A model generated the notes under the pieces. It did not search any database. It was given only the letters and a program-made list of their open reading frames with translations, and was not told the origin of the DNA. Below are positions 1 to 9,795 of a stretch of 64,000 nt of DNA, piece by piece. This DNA comes from Dehalococcoidia bacterium (lineage in GTDB: Bacteria; Chloroflexota; Dehalococcoidia; UBA2979). The stretch spans positions 288,001-352,000 of the forward strand of contig OZ244720.1 of the NCBI GenBank assembly GCA_965219085.1, in the 5' to 3' direction. Each line of letters opens with the position of its first letter. Within the stretch, counting starts at the first letter, position 1. Made by a program: the position numbers and the translations under genes.

Positions 1-123
1 GACTCGCGCGGACGGCCGTGCTGCCGCACGATGCAGGCGGGGCGGGGACATGGCAGACGGCAGGCAAGCCCACCAGCGGCGATCGGTTCGCTGCCCCCGG
101 AGACGAGCCGGGCGGGGCCGACG

Positions 124-1161
124 ATGCTGAGCTTCCTGCGCCGCAACCCCCGCCTGCTGGCCATCCAGGCCGTCGTCGTCGCGATCTCACTGGCCGTGCT
201 GCTCTGGCGCGTCGATGTGGTCGAGGCGCTGCGCAGGCTCGACAACGTCGAGCCAGGCTGGGCGCTGGCCGGGATGGCGATGTTCACGATCTCCAAGGGC
301 ATCCACGCCTACCGCTGGCGCGTGCTCCTGGGCCGATCCGACGTGCCGCTGGGCCCGCTGGTCAGCATCTTCATGGTCTCGAACCTCGTGAACGCGCTCG
401 TGCCGCTGCGTGCCGGCGACCTGGTCCGCATCGAGTTGCCCAGCCGGCTGCTGAAGCTGCCGCGCGCGGCGCTGGCCAGCAACGTGCTGTTCGTCGAGTC
501 GCTGTTCGACGGGCTGGCGTTCCTGGTGCTGGTAGCGGTCGCCGGGTTCGTGCTCGACGAGGGTGTCCGGGAGCTGCCCGGCCTCACCATCTTCGTCACC
601 TTTGTCGCGCTCGCGTCCGTCGTGCTGGTGCTGCTCGCGCGCTGGGAGCTTCCCGCGGATCCGTCACGCTCGAGGCTGCTGTTCGTGGTACCCGACGCGG
701 GACGCGAGCGCGCCGCGATACTCCTGGAGCAACTGCAGGAGGGCATGGCCTCGCTGCGGGAGATCCGCTACACCATCGTCGCGCTCCTCATCTCCGTCGC
801 CGCCTGGGTGGCGGAGGTCGGCGTCTACTGGATGATGGGCAAAGCGCTTGGCATCGACCTCGGTCTCGGCGAGGCGATCGTGCTCATGATCGCTGCGAAC
901 ATCGTCGTCTCGTTGCCCATCACGCCGTGGGACATCGGACCGTTCGAGGTTGCGGTGACCGAGGCGTTCGTGCTGCTGGGCGGGGCGCGTGTGGACGGCA
1001 GCAGCTTCGCGGTCGCGGTCCACCTGCTGCTGCTGGCGTGGATCACCGTCACCGGCGTGATCGCGATGTTCACGCTCAACCTGCGCCCGCGCGAGGTGCT
1101 GGACCCGCGCCTGCGTCAGCGCGATCAGTCCGACGGACCCGACGAGGCGCCGGGGGGGTAG
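124..1161 (+). CDS. Lysylphosphatidylglycerol synthase TM / flippase-like (UPF0104) membrane protein
   Basis: Multi-TM protein with RWRVLL, N.L.P.RAGDLVR and P.TPWDIGPFE motifs; ATG at 124 is the likely start (ORF track gives 31). Confidence 0.8.
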   Translation: MLSFLRRNPRLLAIQAVVVAISLAVLLWRVDVVEALRRLDNVEPGWALAGMAMFTISKGIHAYRWRVLLGRSDVPLGPLVSIFMVSNLVNALVPLRAGDLVRIELPSRLLKLPRAALASNVLFVESLFDGLAFLVLVAVAGFVLDEGVRELPGLTIFVTFVALASVVLVLLARWELPADPSRSRLLFVVPDAGRERAAILLEQLQEGMASLREIRYTIVALLISVAAWVAEVGVYWMMGKALGIDLGLGEAIVLMIAANIVVSLPITPWDIGPFEVAVTEAFVLLGGARVDGSSFAVAVHLLLLAWITVTGVIAMFTLNLRPREVLDPRLRQRDQSDGPDEAPGG

Positions 1162-1183
1162 CGCACGCCGGGTGAGCTCGCGT

Positions 1184-1972
1184 CTAGAGAATCTGGCTGA
1201 GGAACAGCTTCGTGCGGTCCTCGGTCGGGTTCTCGAAGAAGTGCTGTGGCGTGCCCTGCTCGACCAGCGCGCCCTCGTCGAAGAAGACCAGGCGGTCGGC
1301 CACCTCGCGTGCGAAGCCCATCTCGTGCGTGACGACGATCATCGTCATGCCGGACTCCGCGAGCTCGCGCATCACGTCGAGGACTTCCTTGATCATCTCC
1401 GGGTCGAGCGCCGAGGTGGGCTCGTCGAAGAGCATGATCTTCGGCTGCATCGCGAGCGCACGCGCGATGGCGACGCGCTGCTGCTGGCCACCGGAGAGCT
1501 GGGCCGGGTACTTGTCGGCCTGCTCCGGGATGCCGACGCGGTCGAGCAGCTGCATGGCGAAGTCCTGCGCCTCGGCCTTCGGCATGTGGCGCACCTTCTG
1601 CGGCCCGAGGGTGATGTTGCTCATCACCGAGAGGTGCGGGAACAGGTTGAACTGCTGGAACACCATTCCCACCTCGGAGCGGATCGCGTTGAGGTTCCGG
1701 ACGTCATCGTTCATCTCGATATTGTCGATAATGATGCGCCCCGCGTCGTGCTCCTCGAGGCGGTTCAGGCAGCGGATGAACGTCGACTTGCCCGAGCCCG
1801 ACGGGCCGAGGACGACGACGATCTCGTGCTCCTTGACGGTCATGCTGATGTTGTCGAGTGCCTGGAAGTCGCCGAACCACTTATCGACGCCCTCGGTGAT
1901 GATGATGTCTGACGAGTCGGCCAGGCGGTCCCCGTCGGCTGAGGCTTCGTTGACTCCTGCGTGGGTGGTCAT
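1184..1972 (-). CDS. aapP: Polar amino-acid ABC transporter ATP-binding protein
   Basis: Walker A GPSGSGKS, signature LSGGQQQR, Walker [14 protein letters not shown]; last gene of the operon. Confidence 0.9.
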   Translation of the reverse strand: MTTHAGVNEASADGDRLADSSDIIITEGVDKWFGDFQALDNISMTVKEHEIVVVLGPSGSGKSTFIRCLNRLEEHDAGRIIIDNIEMNDDVRNLNAIRSEVGMVFQQFNLFPHLSVMSNITLGPQKVRHMPKAEAQDFAMQLLDRVGIPEQADKYPAQLSGGQQQRVAIARALAMQPKIMLFDEPTSALDPEMIKEVLDVMRELAESGMTMIVVTHEMGFAREVADRLVFFDEGALVEQGTPQHFFENPTEDRTKLFLSQIL

Positions 1973-2008
1973 CGTGGGGTTCCTCTCCTCGTTCCCGGCG
2001 TAGTCATC

Positions 2009-3247
2009 CTAGCGCTCGCCGACGCCCAGCGTACGTTCGATGCGCTGCGAGATGCGCGACATCATGAACGCCACCACCCAGAAGACGACGGCGACGAATA
2101 CGTACGCCTCGATACGGTCCGGTGTGAACCCAAACTGGGCGATGGCGGAATCGGCGTTCCCCTTGAGCTCGCGCAGAGGAAGGATCACGGTCACCAGTGT
2201 GGTGTCCTTCCAGATGGCGATGGCCTGGCCGACGATGGGCGGGATCGAGATCCGCAGCGCCTGCGGCATGACGATCAGCCGCAGCGCCTGCAGCCGGGAC
2301 AGGCCGACGGCGTGCGCCGCCTCGTACTGCCCGCCGGGCAGCGCCTGCAGCGCGCCCCGGATCGACTCGGCCATGTAGGCAGCCGTGAACACCGCCATGA
2401 CGACCATCGCGCGGACGATGAGGCTACCCCCGATGACGTCGTCGAGGATGAACAGCGCGACGAACAGCCAGCCGAGCAGCGGCGCCCCTCGCACGACCTC
2501 GATGTAGGCCGTGCAGGTCCACGAGATGGTCTTCATACTCGACGCGCGCCCGATGGCGAGCGGGATCGCGATGACGAGCCCGCCGACGATCCCGACGGGC
2601 GCCAGCACCAGGTTGAGCACGAAGCCATCGAGCTGGCGCGCGCTGGCGCCGCCTGCGAAGAGCAGGATCATCAGGGCGATCGGCAGCGAGAGCAGGACCA
2701 GCCCGCCCACGACGCGCTGCTGCAGCGCTCGGCTCGCGCTCGGCTCGCGCGGCATCCGCACGGTCGCGCCGTAGGAGAGGTACATCACGCCGACGGCGAG
2801 CAGGAACCACAGCGACGACCAGATGGCCGCGCCACCGTGCGCCATGAGGAAGACCACGGCGGCGCTGATGATCCCGACGAAGAGGTGATCGCGCTGGCCG
2901 AAGCTCGACCAGGTCCCGTAGGTGAGACCGATGAGGGCGAACACGAAGCCCATGCCCACCCACAGCCGCCAGGCCGCCTCGCGCGGGTAGCCCCCGGCGA
3001 ACAGCAACCAACGGTTCTCCGTGATCACGAGCCAGTTGGCGTCGATGAACACGAACCAGATCACGCCCGCCAGGAGCGCGCCGAGGAGGGCGGTCGCCAC
3101 GAGCGTGAGGAGCGTGCCCCTGGGCGACGGGAAGAGGTTGCGGCGTATCCACTCGCGCGCGCGCACCGAGAACGGCCGGCTCGCGCGCTGGCGGTACGGC
3201 GGCAGGACGATGCGCCCCGGGGGCTGCTGCATGGGCATATCAGCCAT
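2009..3247 (-). CDS. aapM: General L-amino acid ABC transporter permease (AapM/BztC-like)
   Basis: GGYPREAAWR, YIEVVRGAPL and the EAA motif GQYEAAHAVGL. Confidence 0.8.
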   Translation of the reverse strand: MADMPMQQPPGRIVLPPYRQRASRPFSVRAREWIRRNLFPSPRGTLLTLVATALLGALLAGVIWFVFIDANWLVITENRWLLFAGGYPREAAWRLWVGMGFVFALIGLTYGTWSSFGQRDHLFVGIISAAVVFLMAHGGAAIWSSLWFLLAVGVMYLSYGATVRMPREPSASRALQQRVVGGLVLLSLPIALMILLFAGGASARQLDGFVLNLVLAPVGIVGGLVIAIPLAIGRASSMKTISWTCTAYIEVVRGAPLLGWLFVALFILDDVIGGSLIVRAMVVMAVFTAAYMAESIRGALQALPGGQYEAAHAVGLSRLQALRLIVMPQALRISIPPIVGQAIAIWKDTTLVTVILPLRELKGNADSAIAQFGFTPDRIEAYVFVAVVFWVVAFMMSRISQRIERTLGVGER

Positions 3248-3257
3248 CGCCGCCCCC

Positions 3258-4451
3258 CTAGACCTCGTGCACCGTGACGCGGGCGTTGAAGAAGTTCATG
3301 ATCGCAGAAATGATGAAGGAGATAAGCATATAGGTCACGATGATGAGGAAGAAGATCTCGAGCGCGTGCCCCGCCTTGTTCGTGACGATCCCGGCCACGC
3401 GGAAGAGGTCGTCATAGAGGACGGCGTAGGCCAGCGAGGAGTTCTTGTTGACGTTGAGGTACTGGTTCGTGACGGACGGAATGATCTGGCGGAGGGCCTG
3501 CGGCAGGATGACCAGCGTGAGCCGCTGGTAGTTCGTCAGCCCAACGGCGTTCGCCGCCTCCGACTGGCCGGTCGGCAGCGCCTGGATCCCAGCCCGCACG
3601 ACCTCGGCGATGAACGCGCCCGTATAGAGGGTCAGGCCCATCACGAGCGCTGCGAACTCGGGGTTGACGGTTATTCCCTCGGCGTAGTGCGTGCCCGTGA
3701 CGATCGGCAGGTCGATCACCACCGGTCCGCCGAGCACGAGGTAGGAGACGACCGCAGCGATCGCGAACACGACGAGCGCGCGGCGGTTTGGGTTCATCGG
3801 GGTGCCGGTCTCGCGCTCGTGCTCCTGCCGGCGCGCCCGCACCCGCATCGCCACGAAGGCGGACACCGCCAGGATGAGCACCCAGACGCCGGCGAACCAG
3901 TGCGGGAGGCCCCACAGCCCGCCACTCGGCACCGGCCACGGCATTGCGACGCCGCGATTCGAGATGAAGACGATGTCGCCGATGCTGATCACGTTCTGGA
4001 TGAGCGGCATGCCGACCAGGAACACCGAGTAGACCAGCACCACCTGCACCAGCAGCGGCGTGTTCCGGAACGTCTCGACGAACAGCATCGCCATGCGCGA
4101 TACGAGCCAGTTCGAGGACAGCCGGGAGACGCCGACTACCACGCCCACGATGGTGGACAGAGCGATCGCCACGACCACCGCCCGGATGGATGCCCACACC
4201 CCGACCATGTACATCGTGATGCGGGTGTTGGTGACGCCGTCGACGTCGATGAGCCACTGGTTGCCGACCTTGAAGGCGGCGGGGTCGTTGAGGAAACTGA
4301 ACCCGAAGTCACGGAGGTTGAGCGAGTAGTAGACATACAGGAATGCGACGGCCGTAATCGCGACGTACACACTCTGAGTCGCGAAATTGCGGAAGCTCCG
4401 CCTGTGGATCAGCGGGACCGGGGCGGACTCAGGCGGCGCGCCGGCAGACAT
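3258..4451 (-). CDS. aapQ: General L-amino acid ABC transporter permease (AapQ/BztB-like)
   Basis: RLSSNWLV, VETFRNTPLLVQ, GQSEAANAVGL, NKNSSLA. Confidence 0.8.
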   Translation of the reverse strand: MSAGAPPESAPVPLIHRRSFRNFATQSVYVAITAVAFLYVYYSLNLRDFGFSFLNDPAAFKVGNQWLIDVDGVTNTRITMYMVGVWASIRAVVVAIALSTIVGVVVGVSRLSSNWLVSRMAMLFVETFRNTPLLVQVVLVYSVFLVGMPLIQNVISIGDIVFISNRGVAMPWPVPSGGLWGLPHWFAGVWVLILAVSAFVAMRVRARRQEHERETGTPMNPNRRALVVFAIAAVVSYLVLGGPVVIDLPIVTGTHYAEGITVNPEFAALVMGLTLYTGAFIAEVVRAGIQALPTGQSEAANAVGLTNYQRLTLVILPQALRQIIPSVTNQYLNVNKNSSLAYAVLYDDLFRVAGIVTNKAGHALEIFFLIIVTYMLISFIISAIMNFFNARVTVHEV

Positions 4452-4510
4452 GCCCGCATCTTAGCGGGTGTCCGGTCCCCGCGCTCGTTGACAACGGACC
4501 CGCGAAACGA

Positions 4511-4546
4511 CGGAGGGGCTGCCCCATTTCTGGAGCAACCCCTCCG
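4511..4546 (-). terminator. Intercistronic stem-loop downstream of the substrate-binding protein gene
   Basis: Inverted repeat CGGAGGGG...CCCCTCCG between aapJ and aapQ; may be a terminator or an mRNA-stabilising hairpin. Confidence 0.45.
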
Positions 4547-4572
4547 GCACTATGCTCGCTTGCCTTGACGGC

Positions 4573-5688
4573 TTAGCGGTACGGCAGCGCGTACATGATC
4601 CCGCCCTCGCCCGCCGGACACTGGACCGACTTGTCGGTTGCCAGCGCGTTCAGCGTGCAGTCGCGCGGGATGTTGTCGCCGATGGTGCGCTCGTAGATCT
4701 CGCCGTAGTTACCAACGGCCGCGATCGCCCGCTGGATGAACTGGGCGTCCACCCGGCCGAAACCGAGATCGGACACCTCGCCGCCCTCATAGGGGACGCC
4801 GAGCAGGCGTGCGATCGTGGTGTTCGGCGGGTCCGCCGCCATCGAGCCGACGTTCGCCTGCGTGATGCCGAGCTCCTCGGCGCCAATCAGCCCGTGCACG
4901 ACCCAGTTGACGACGTCCTTCCACTCGCTGTCGTAGTCGCGGACGCCAGCCGCCAGCGGCTCCTTCGAGATGATCTGCGGAAGGATCTTGTAGTCGGCCG
5001 AGTCCTCACGCACCGCGATCCGCGAGGCGAGGTCCGAAGCGTCCGCCGTCAGTACGTCGCAACGTCCTGAGAAGAACGCCTCCGCGACGTCCTGGCTCAG
5101 ACCGCCAAGCGGCGTGTACGTGAGCCCGATGTCGGTGAAGTGGTCCGCGACATTCTGCTCGGTCGTCGTGCCGCTCTGGACACAGATCGCAGCTTCCGCC
5201 ATGTCGGACGTCGTGTCGTAACCCGCGTCCTTGCGAACGGCGAAGCCCTGACCGGTGTAGAACGTGGTCTGCGCGAAGTCGACCCCGAGGTCGCGGTCAC
5301 GCGAGGCGGTGATCGTGGTGGTGCGGATCAACACGTCGATCTCGCCGTCGTTCAGCAGCTCGAACCGCGTCGAGGCGTCCGAGGCGTCGATGAACTCGAC
5401 CTTGGTCGAGTCGCCGAGCACTGCGGCGGCGAGCGCCTTGCAGAACTCGATGTCGAAGCCCGTGACGGAGCCGTCGGCCTCCTTGAAGCCGAAGAGCGGC
5501 TGTGTCTGCTTGACGCCGCACTTCAGCTCGCCGCGGTCATTGACGATCGAGATCGTGTCCCCACGACCCTCGCCGCCGCCGTCGTCGTCATCGCCGTTGG
5601 GGCAAGCCACTGCGAGGACGCCCAGCAGTACGACCGCGACAAGCCCAATCCTCATCGTCCATCGCCTGAACATAAGCACCCCCTTCAC
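4573..5688 (-). CDS. aapJ: Amino-acid ABC transporter substrate-binding lipoprotein (AapJ/BztA-like)
   Basis: Lipobox LAVAC; RGELKCGV, GFDIEFCKALAAA, ISKEPLA, VGNYGEIYER. Confidence 0.85.
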   Translation of the reverse strand: MKGVLMFRRWTMRIGLVAVVLLGVLAVACPNGDDDDGGGEGRGDTISIVNDRGELKCGVKQTQPLFGFKEADGSVTGFDIEFCKALAAAVLGDSTKVEFIDASDASTRFELLNDGEIDVLIRTTTITASRDRDLGVDFAQTTFYTGQGFAVRKDAGYDTTSDMAEAAICVQSGTTTEQNVADHFTDIGLTYTPLGGLSQDVAEAFFSGRCDVLTADASDLASRIAVREDSADYKILPQIISKEPLAAGVRDYDSEWKDVVNWVVHGLIGAEELGITQANVGSMAADPPNTTIARLLGVPYEGGEVSDLGFGRVDAQFIQRAIAAVGNYGEIYERTIGDNIPRDCTLNALATDKSVQCPAGEGGIMYALPYR

Positions 5689-5839
5689 CTAACGGGTTTC
5701 CAATCGGGGGCCGCCGGTACGGCCCCGCATTCGCATGCACGATAGCCGCGATCGTCGTTGCGCGCACCTGTCGAGCATCCCGGAATATCACCTATAAGGT
5801 TGCCCGGCCACGATTTCACGGCGCGCCCCGCGGCGCCGG

Positions 5840-5889
5840 TGGTACCCCCAAGCGGATTCGAACCGCTGTTTCCACGTTGAAAGGGTGGA
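5840..5889 (-). pseudogene. 3' fragment of tRNA-Glu(TTC), probable att duplication at the island boundary
   Basis: Minus strand reads CCACCCTTTCAACGTGG AAAC AGCGGTTCGAATCCGCT TGGGGGTACCA (anticodon arm, T arm, 3' acceptor strand, CCA). The upstream sequence cannot pair with the acceptor strand and has no D arm. Confidence 0.8.
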
Positions 5890-5916
5890 TTACCCCACCG
5901 GATGGGCGGAGACTGT

Positions 5917-6015
5917 GTCCCACTTGGTACCACCCAGTACCAGAATGTCCGCATCCGCAAAGCGATCCGAGTTCGGCCCGCACACGTCGTACCACGCCGT
6001 CACACGCAGTACCAC
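5917..6015. repeat. 10-bp-phased GTACCA-like repeats beside the att site
   Basis: GTACCA at 5927, 5937, 5989 and 6009, with degenerate copies at 5917 and 5999; direct repeat CACACGnnGTACCAC at 5981 and 6001. Confidence 0.55.
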
Positions 6016-6037
6016 CGAGATTGGCCCCAACTTGGCC

Positions 6038-6300
6038 TCAGTTGCCCCTGCCATCGCAGGGCGTCGAGCGGGTCACTACGCGGTGCTCCCCCAGCTCGGC
6101 GCTGGCATGGCCCCGGTAGTGGTGGGCCTCGGCGTCACCGGGGGACAGCTGCAGGGCTCTGCCGAAGTCCTCCTTCGCGCGGCGGTCGTCGCCCAGTTGC
6201 TGGTGCAGCAGCCCGCTGGCGGACAGCGCGGTAGCGTCGCCGGGATTGGCTGCGATCTCTGCGTTGAGGCGCTCAAGCAGCTGCCGAAGCTCCTGCTGAC
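6038..6300 (-). pseudogene. TPR-repeat protein remnant
   Basis: GLLHQQLGDDRRAKEDFGRALQLSPGDAEAHHYRGHASAELGE fits the TPR consensus; no credible start codon. Confidence 0.6.
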
Positions 6301-6336
6301 TGAGTCTTCCAGCACCCCGTGGTGTCTGCCTTGGTC

Positions 6337-6720
6337 GTCCAGTCGGCGGCCAGGGTAACGGCGGCGCCTGCATCGACTACCCCGAAGCCGTACTCGTGAT
6401 TGAATGAGTATTGGTCCGTGCTGGAACCGTAGTTGAGAGCGCCCTGCGCCCAGCCCGTGTTGGACGTGTCGTTCTTGCGCGCCGATCCGGCGAGGATGAG
6501 CTTCACATCGCGCCAGGTCAGCGTGCTGTTTGCGCCACGGATCAGCGCGGCGACGCCGGACACGATGGGCGTGGCCGCCGATGTTCCTCCGAAGTCCACA
6601 TACCGGTTGTGCAGGTCGGTCGACAGGATCCCGGGCAGGCTCATATCGCCGTCATTCGAGGGAGCACAGACCCAGAGGTTCGCGCCCAGCTCCGAAAAGG
6701 AGCTCCTCACGTCGTTGTAG
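6337..6720 (-). pseudogene. Truncated S8 (kexin-like) peptidase fragment, near-identical to ~39227-39610
   Basis: FGGTSAATPIVSG...LTWRDVKLIL...FNHEYGFGVVDAG; cut off by IS1380 at 6721. Confidence 0.85.
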
Positions 6721-6724
6721 TTAA

Positions 6725-8361
6725 GCCCGAATCCACCGATCGAAGCTTGACGGGGCGGGATGCCGGGCTGCCGGAGAGTTCGGCGGGCGTGCCGGTGTTC
6801 GCGGGGCGGGCCGGAGCCAGGAGCGGTCGCTCAGCGCAGCTCGGGGGCGCTGAGGGCGCGGGCGCAAGGCGTGCGCGGGCATGCTGGCGCGAGCCTCGGA
6901 GGGGGGCCGGCGCTGTGAGCGGTCGTCAGGCCGGGAGCGGTAACGCCCGTAGTCGCGCGAGCGCGGCTGCCAGCTGCCCGGCCCAGGGCCAGCGCCTGGG
7001 GAGGTGCAGGGTCCAGCGCCGTGCCGAGTGGGTGAGCCGTCCGGCGAGAGCGAAGTAGCGCCGCCTGAGCGTCCTGGTCGTCACGATTCCCTCGCCGAGC
7101 CCCAGCCGCGCCGTCCAGCGGGCGAGGTTGTGCGCGATCACCTGCACCGCGAGCCATGCCGCGTTCGCGGCGAAGCGGCCCGAGGGGAGATGGTTGAGCC
7201 CGACGCCGTACTTGAGGTCGCGGATCGCGTTCTCGATCTCGGCGTGACGGCGATGGTCGGTCTCGAGCTCCATCATCTCCCCCGCGCGGTCGGTGATGAA
7301 GGCGTGGTAGCTGTACGTCGCGAAGAGCGCCAGCTGTGAGCCGGGCGCCGGCCTCACGCGCCGCACGATGAGCCGGACCGCGCTGGCGTCCTTCGCGTGC
7401 CGGAACGGGGTGTAGGACGTCTCGGCGACAGCGGCGCCGCCCGGCAGCCAGTACGGGATCGGCGTCCAGTCCGCTTCCGGGATCGCCTCGATCAGCGTGC
7501 GTACGTTCGGTTGCTGGCGAATCGTGACCGAGAAGCGGACATCCAGCGCGCGGCAGGCGGCGACGACCGCGTGGTTGTAGAAGCCGCTGTCGGCGCGCAT
7601 CGTGAGCTGCCCGCTCGCTCCGGCAGCGCGGACCCGCGCCACCGTCTCACGCAGGAAGTGGGCGGCGCCGCGGGCAGTGTTGGCGCGGCCCTCGCGCAGC
7701 CGCGCCATCAGCACGTCACCCGTCCCGGCCGCCACCGCGAGCAGCGGGTGGTAGCCGCGCGCGCCCGTGTAGCCGTGGTGCCGGGCGCCCTCCTTCGCCA
7801 AGCCGTAGGTCTCGCAGATCGTCGAGTCGAGGTCGATCGTGAACGGCGCGTCGCCGGGTCCCGCCCCGGCCGCCCAGCTGCGAGCGAGCAACTCGCGGCT
7901 GACGCGGTCGAGCTGGCGGACGTGGCCCCAGCGGAAGCTGCGCAGGAACGTGCCCAGGGTGGACGGCGCCTTGACCGTGCAACCCAGCACGCTCGCCGTC
8001 CCGCCGGCGCGCAACGCATCGGCGTCGTCGATGCAGTCGCCGCCCGCGAGCGCCGAGGCGATGAGGGTCAGCAGCTTGTCGCCGGCGTTCGCCCGGCCCG
8101 GCGCGTCACCGAGGTCGACGCAGCTGTCGGCGAGCTCTTGCAGACCGAGATGCTGGGCGAGCGTGGCCGGGAGCAGCAGGCCCGCGTGGTCCACGAGGCG
8201 GTCGTCATCGAAGGCGATGTCTATCCGGTCGGGGTCGCTCGTTGGTAGCATCGAATGGGTGCTCCCTGTGGCTGTGACGTGATTCGGCAAAACCCATTGT
8301 CCCAGCTACAGCGGAGCACCCAACCGCAGCCGCTCGCACGCCCTTCTTCGGTGGATCAGGG
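6725..8361 (-). mobile_element. IS1380-family element
   Basis: Imperfect terminal IRs (cccgaatccaccga / tcggtggatcaggg) flanked by TTAA at 6721-6724 and 8362-8365. Confidence 0.75.
6926..8290 (-). CDS. IS1380-family DDE transposase
   Basis: PSTLGTFLRSF, TIDLDST, GYHPLLA, RADSGFY, EIENAIRDLK. The start may be at 8251. Confidence 0.9.
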   Translation of the reverse strand: MPNHVTATGSTHSMLPTSDPDRIDIAFDDDRLVDHAGLLLPATLAQHLGLQELADSCVDLGDAPGRANAGDKLLTLIASALAGGDCIDDADALRAGGTASVLGCTVKAPSTLGTFLRSFRWGHVRQLDRVSRELLARSWAAGAGPGDAPFTIDLDSTICETYGLAKEGARHHGYTGARGYHPLLAVAAGTGDVLMARLREGRANTARGAAHFLRETVARVRAAGASGQLTMRADSGFYNHAVVAACRALDVRFSVTIRQQPNVRTLIEAIPEADWTPIPYWLPGGAAVAETSYTPFRHAKDASAVRLIVRRVRPAPGSQLALFATYSYHAFITDRAGEMMELETDHRRHAEIENAIRDLKYGVGLNHLPSGRFAANAAWLAVQVIAHNLARWTARLGLGEGIVTTRTLRRRYFALAGRLTHSARRWTLHLPRRWPWAGQLAAALARLRALPLPA

Positions 8362-8365
8362 TTAA

Positions 8366-9541
8366 GGAAGGTCTGAACAGGTGGCGTATCGGGCGCGGTG
8401 CGGGCCGATCAGCGGGCCGAGCCGCGCTGTGGGGGCCCGATACCGCGGTCCATGGGTGGTCTCGCCTCCATGGCGCTCCGGAAGCGCTTCGGCGGGGGAT
8501 TCCGGACGCACGGCTCCCGTGATCAGGCGAGTTGAGGCTCGGCTCGCAACAGGTTCGTGAAGCCGAGCAGCAGCGTGAGACGCTGGCGGTTCTTCTCAAG
8601 ACCCCGGTAGCGCACCTTCGCGTACCCGAAGTGCCGCTTCACGTAGAGAAACGGATGCTCAGCCTTGGCGCGCACCGAGGCCTTGCGCCGCTCCGCCTGC
8701 GCCTCCTCGCCCCCCGGCGCCAGCTGCCGCCTGAGACCCGGGCGCAGCGCCACCTGCCAGCTCACCTCCGGCCCCGCGTGCTCCGGGCGCTTCTCCACTC
8801 CCTGGTAGCCGGCGTCGCCCCACGCCTCCGTCTCACCGCCGTGCAAGAGGCGATGCGCCTCGGTCACGTCGGAGACGTTCGCCGCCGTCGTGCTCACGCT
8901 GTGGACCAGTCCCGTCCGCGCATCCGTGCCGGTGTGCAGCTTCATCCCGAAGTACCACTGCCGGCCCTTTCTGGTCTGGTGCATCTCGGGGTCGCGCGCA
9001 CGCTCGCGGTTCTTCGTCGATGACGGCGCGCTGATGATCGTGGAGTCCACGATCGTGCCCTCGCGCACCTGCAGACCCTGCCGTGCCAGGTGCGCGTTGA
9101 TCGTCGCGAACAGCTCCGTTCCCAGCTGATGATGCTCCAGCAGGTGGCGGAAATGCAGGATCGTCGTCTCATCGGGAATCGGCTCGGAGAGGCTGAGACC
9201 GGCGAACTCGAGCATCGAGCGGGAGTCGTAGAGTTCCTGCTCCATGCCGGGGTCGCTGAGGTTGAACCAGAGCTGCAGGCAGTGGATGCGCAGCATCACG
9301 CGCAGCGCGTAGGGGCGGCGTCCGCGGCCGCGCTTCGGGTAGACGGGCGCGATGCGCTGCTCCAGCTCAGCCCAGGGGACGAGCCCGTCCATGCGCTCGA
9401 GGAACGCCTGCCGCCTCGTCTTGACCTTCTTGTGCTCGTACTCGACGCTGCCGAACGAACGCTGCTGCATGGGCCGCCCCTCTCCGGGTCGCCCCATGAT
9501 CGCATCTGCTCACCCGCTCAGGCGAGTTGTTCAGACCATCC
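8366..9541 (-). mobile_element. IS5-family element (IS5 subgroup)
   Basis: IRs GGAAGGTCTGAACA / TGTTCAGACCATCC; flanks are TTAA (left) and CTAG (right). Confidence 0.85.
8523..9470 (-). CDS. IS5-family transposase
   Basis: MLRIHCLQLWFNLSDP, PDETTILHFRHLLE, RDPEMHQTRKGRQWYFGMK, GDAGYQG. Confidence 0.92.
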   Translation of the reverse strand: MQQRSFGSVEYEHKKVKTRRQAFLERMDGLVPWAELEQRIAPVYPKRGRGRRPYALRVMLRIHCLQLWFNLSDPGMEQELYDSRSMLEFAGLSLSEPIPDETTILHFRHLLEHHQLGTELFATINAHLARQGLQVREGTIVDSTIISAPSSTKNRERARDPEMHQTRKGRQWYFGMKLHTGTDARTGLVHSVSTTAANVSDVTEAHRLLHGGETEAWGDAGYQGVEKRPEHAGPEVSWQVALRPGLRRQLAPGGEEAQAERRKASVRAKAEHPFLYVKRHFGYAKVRYRGLEKNRQRLTLLLGFTNLLRAEPQLA

Positions 9542-9614
9542 CTAGAAGCCCTGCAGGCTGGCCAAGAGGCACTGCGCGGTTCGGAACTCGGGGTCCAGCG
9601 ATTCGGGCAGCGCG

Positions 9615-9795
9615 ATGAACACAGCAGCGCCCTACGTGGCCCCGAGGACATGCACGGTAGTCAACGAAGGCGAGGCGACGCGCGGCGTGAACGAGCGCTC
9701 GGCGCCGCTGAGCGACTATGCAAACACCGCAGCGTACGTGCTGATCGCTGAACCGGGTGCCGGCAAGACAATGGCATTCGAGTCCGAGGCCGTGG
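9615..9795 (+). pseudogene. N-terminal remnant of a P-loop NTPase (NACHT/STAND-like)
   Basis: YVLIAEPGAGKT Walker A; the ORF degenerates shortly after it. Confidence 0.45.

Noticed and set aside
5840-5915. Complete tRNA-Glu gene
   Set aside because: The 5' acceptor strand and D arm are absent; only the 3' half matches.
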